DNA from: Prosthecobacter sp.
Lineage (GTDB): Bacteria > Verrucomicrobiota > Verrucomicrobiia > Verrucomicrobiales > Akkermansiaceae
Reading direction: 5' to 3'
Length of the DNA: 49,248 nt
Assembly (NCBI GenBank): GCA_043722215.1
Contig: JAYSPI010000208.1
Coordinates: 1-49,248, forward strand
Shown here one piece after another: positions 47,694-49,248 of the stretch. Every line of letters starts with the position of its first letter. Position 1 is the first letter of the stretch. The translations under genes and the position numbers were made by a program. Under the pieces are notes generated by a model, which was given only the letters and a program-made list of their open reading frames with translations, did no database searches and had not been told where the DNA came from.

Positions 47694-48590
47694 TCAATGG
47701 CGGGATATTCGCCGCCGCCGCAAAACCACCCACATTCCTCCCACCAGCAGGGCCGCCGCCGAGGGTTCCGGGATAATCGCCGCAATCGCCGTGTGATACG
47801 TGCCGACCCGAGCGAAGTAATTCAAATCCCCATTTGGGTTGCTCGCCTTGTCGTTGCCGAAGTTCGACGTGCCAGCGGTGGCCACCCCGGTCGTTAGACC
47901 GATCAAATACCAGGAGCCCGCGATTTTTTGAAATAACCCCGAGCCCGAATCATACAACGCCGCACCCGCCTCGCTCGCCCCCAACCCCGCCGGATTCCCC
48001 GTGGTGCTACCCAGAGCGGTGTAGAGGCCGGCATAGCTGCCGCTTTGATTGGCGATGGAGACGGTTCCCAGCGGTGTATTGAGTCCCCAGCGTTTGGCGA
48101 TGGTGCTGTCATCGCCCCACGTGACGGCCAGGGAATCCACAGGCACGGTGGGGCTGCGGCCTATGCCCCAGGCCACCAAGGTTGCGGGGGCGACCGGTTC
48201 GTTCACTCCGGTGTAGAGTTGCGCCGCGGCCACTGTCGGCATCGTCGTGAGTCGGAAAACCTGCAGATCCACATTGGCCGCCACCTGGACCGGCGCAAAC
48301 CCCAGATCACGCTGATAATAGGTCGTGCCGTCAAACGTGACGTAGGGCGTCATCACCACGTGGTTCGCCGTCAGCATGTACCCACCACCCAGATAGACCG
48401 CCGAACCCATCGGATTGGCCAACCCGACATCCGCGAGTATCCCCACCGAACTGAACGGCACCCCCGTGCCGGGGTCAGATTGATTGGCCGAATTGTCCAA
48501 TCCGAATAAAATGAGCGCACTGACCGGCTGAGTCGCCAACCCAATCCAGGCCAACCCCAGACGCAACACCAACAACCAAGAGGTTTTCAT
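47694..48590 (-). CDS. PEP-CTERM-sorted trypsin-like serine protease
   Basis: Signal peptide; LTANHV (His), VDL (Asp) and YDSGSG (Ser); C-terminal IPEPS-hydrophobic-RRRR. Confidence 0.85.
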   Translation of the reverse strand: MKTSWLLVLRLGLAWIGLATQPVSALILFGLDNSANQSDPGTGVPFSSVGILADVGLANPMGSAVYLGGGYMLTANHVVMTPYVTFDGTTYYQRDLGFAPVQVAANVDLQVFRLTTMPTVAAAQLYTGVNEPVAPATLVAWGIGRSPTVPVDSLAVTWGDDSTIAKRWGLNTPLGTVSIANQSGSYAGLYTALGSTTGNPAGLGASEAGAALYDSGSGLFQKIAGSWYLIGLTTGVATAGTSNFGNDKASNPNGDLNYFARVGTYHTAIAAIIPEPSAAALLVGGMWVVLRRRRISRH

Positions 48591-48598
48591 CGCAACGC

Positions 48599-48626
48599 AA
48601 CTTACGAGCCACCCGACCCTTGTCAA
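48599..48626 (-). promoter_or_regulatory. Putative sigma70 promoter (TTGACA-16-TAAGTT), probably leaderless
   Basis: -10 element ends 8 nt before ATG 48590. Confidence 0.55.
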
Positions 48627-48681
48627 TCCACCAACCCACCGCGCCAATTCATCACCGCCGCTCAATTCAGCGTCTGACTCT

Positions 48682-49248
48682 CTATTGGATAGGCGGCGCG
48701 CTGCCCAAGCGGGCGGCCATCTGGGCTAGGGCGGCCGGGTAGAGCCGGTGTTCGGCGACTTGGATCCGCGCGTGCAGCGACTCGGCGGTGTCGTTAGCCC
48801 ACACGGCCACCCGCTCTTGCAAAATGACAGGGCCAGTATCCATTCCCTCATCGACGAGATGGACGGTGCAACCGGTTTCAGCAACCCCGGCATCCAGCGC
48901 TTGCTGCCATGACGCCAAGCCCGGAAACGCCGGCAACAACGCCGGGTGAATGTTGAGAATGCGCTCCGGAAACGCGTCCAGCAACGGCCGCTTCACCAAC
49001 CGTAAAAAACCCGCCAAGCACACCACCTGCACCCCGGCAGCCTGCAATCGACCAGCCGTCACGCCCTGCGCATCGTCAGGAAACTTCGTCCGATAGCCAC
49101 CGCAATCAATCACTCCGGTGGCAATCCCACGCCGCCGCGCACGTTCCAGGATGAACGCATCAGGGTGGTCCGAGAGCACCAGCGCGATCCGTGCGTCAAG
49201 CGTCCCGGCGTCGATCGCATCGAGGATCGCCTGCATGTTAGAACCAGA
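48682..49248 (-). CDS. purN: Phosphoribosylglycinamide formyltransferase (5' end outside the window)
   Basis: SGSNMQAI, LAGFLR, LNIHPALLP and GCTVHLVD-MDTGP motifs. Confidence 0.96.
   Translation of the reverse strand, partial: SGSNMQAILDAIDAGTLDARIALVLSDHPDAFILERARRRGIATGVIDCGGYRTKFPDDAQGVTAGRLQAAGVQVVCLAGFLRLVKRPLLDAFPERILNIHPALLPAFPGLASWQQALDAGVAETGCTVHLVDEGMDTGPVILQERVAVWANDTAESLHARIQVAEHRLYPAALAQMAARLGSAPPIQ

Overview
A 49-kb GC-rich chromosomal segment that looks verrucomicrobial (inferred from the PEP-CTERM protein, discoidin-domain sensor kinase, ThuA fusion, extended L34, and C/A-rich or absent leaders). Most of it is housekeeping: murI, yidC-yidD-rnpA-rpmH, nnr, P-II, tsaB, recO, UDG, sodA, rmuC, rlmN, rplI, htpG, nadD, tatA, prlC and purN. 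The stand-out region is 4.8-14.8 kb, a divergent-AraC locus encoding what appears to be a complete non-phosphorylative L-fucose pathway: GH29 fucosidase, SSS transporter, lipoprotein mutarotase, SDR dehydrogenase, lactonase, fuconate dehydratase and a DHDPS-family (class I) aldolase. The aldolase ends in a bacterial-microcompartment encapsulation-peptide-like helix and is directly followed by a tandem BMC shell gene. This suggests a satellite BMC module that delivers lactaldehyde from the oxidative route rather than from the kinase/class II aldolase route. The locus lies beside both types of sulfatase-maturing enzyme. Its right edge carries an unannotated fossil 3' end of a second BMC gene and a truncated IS256 transposase. 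A second, unannotated IS256 fragment sits upstream of a two-component system. All functional calls come from motif recognition only; no database searches were run.
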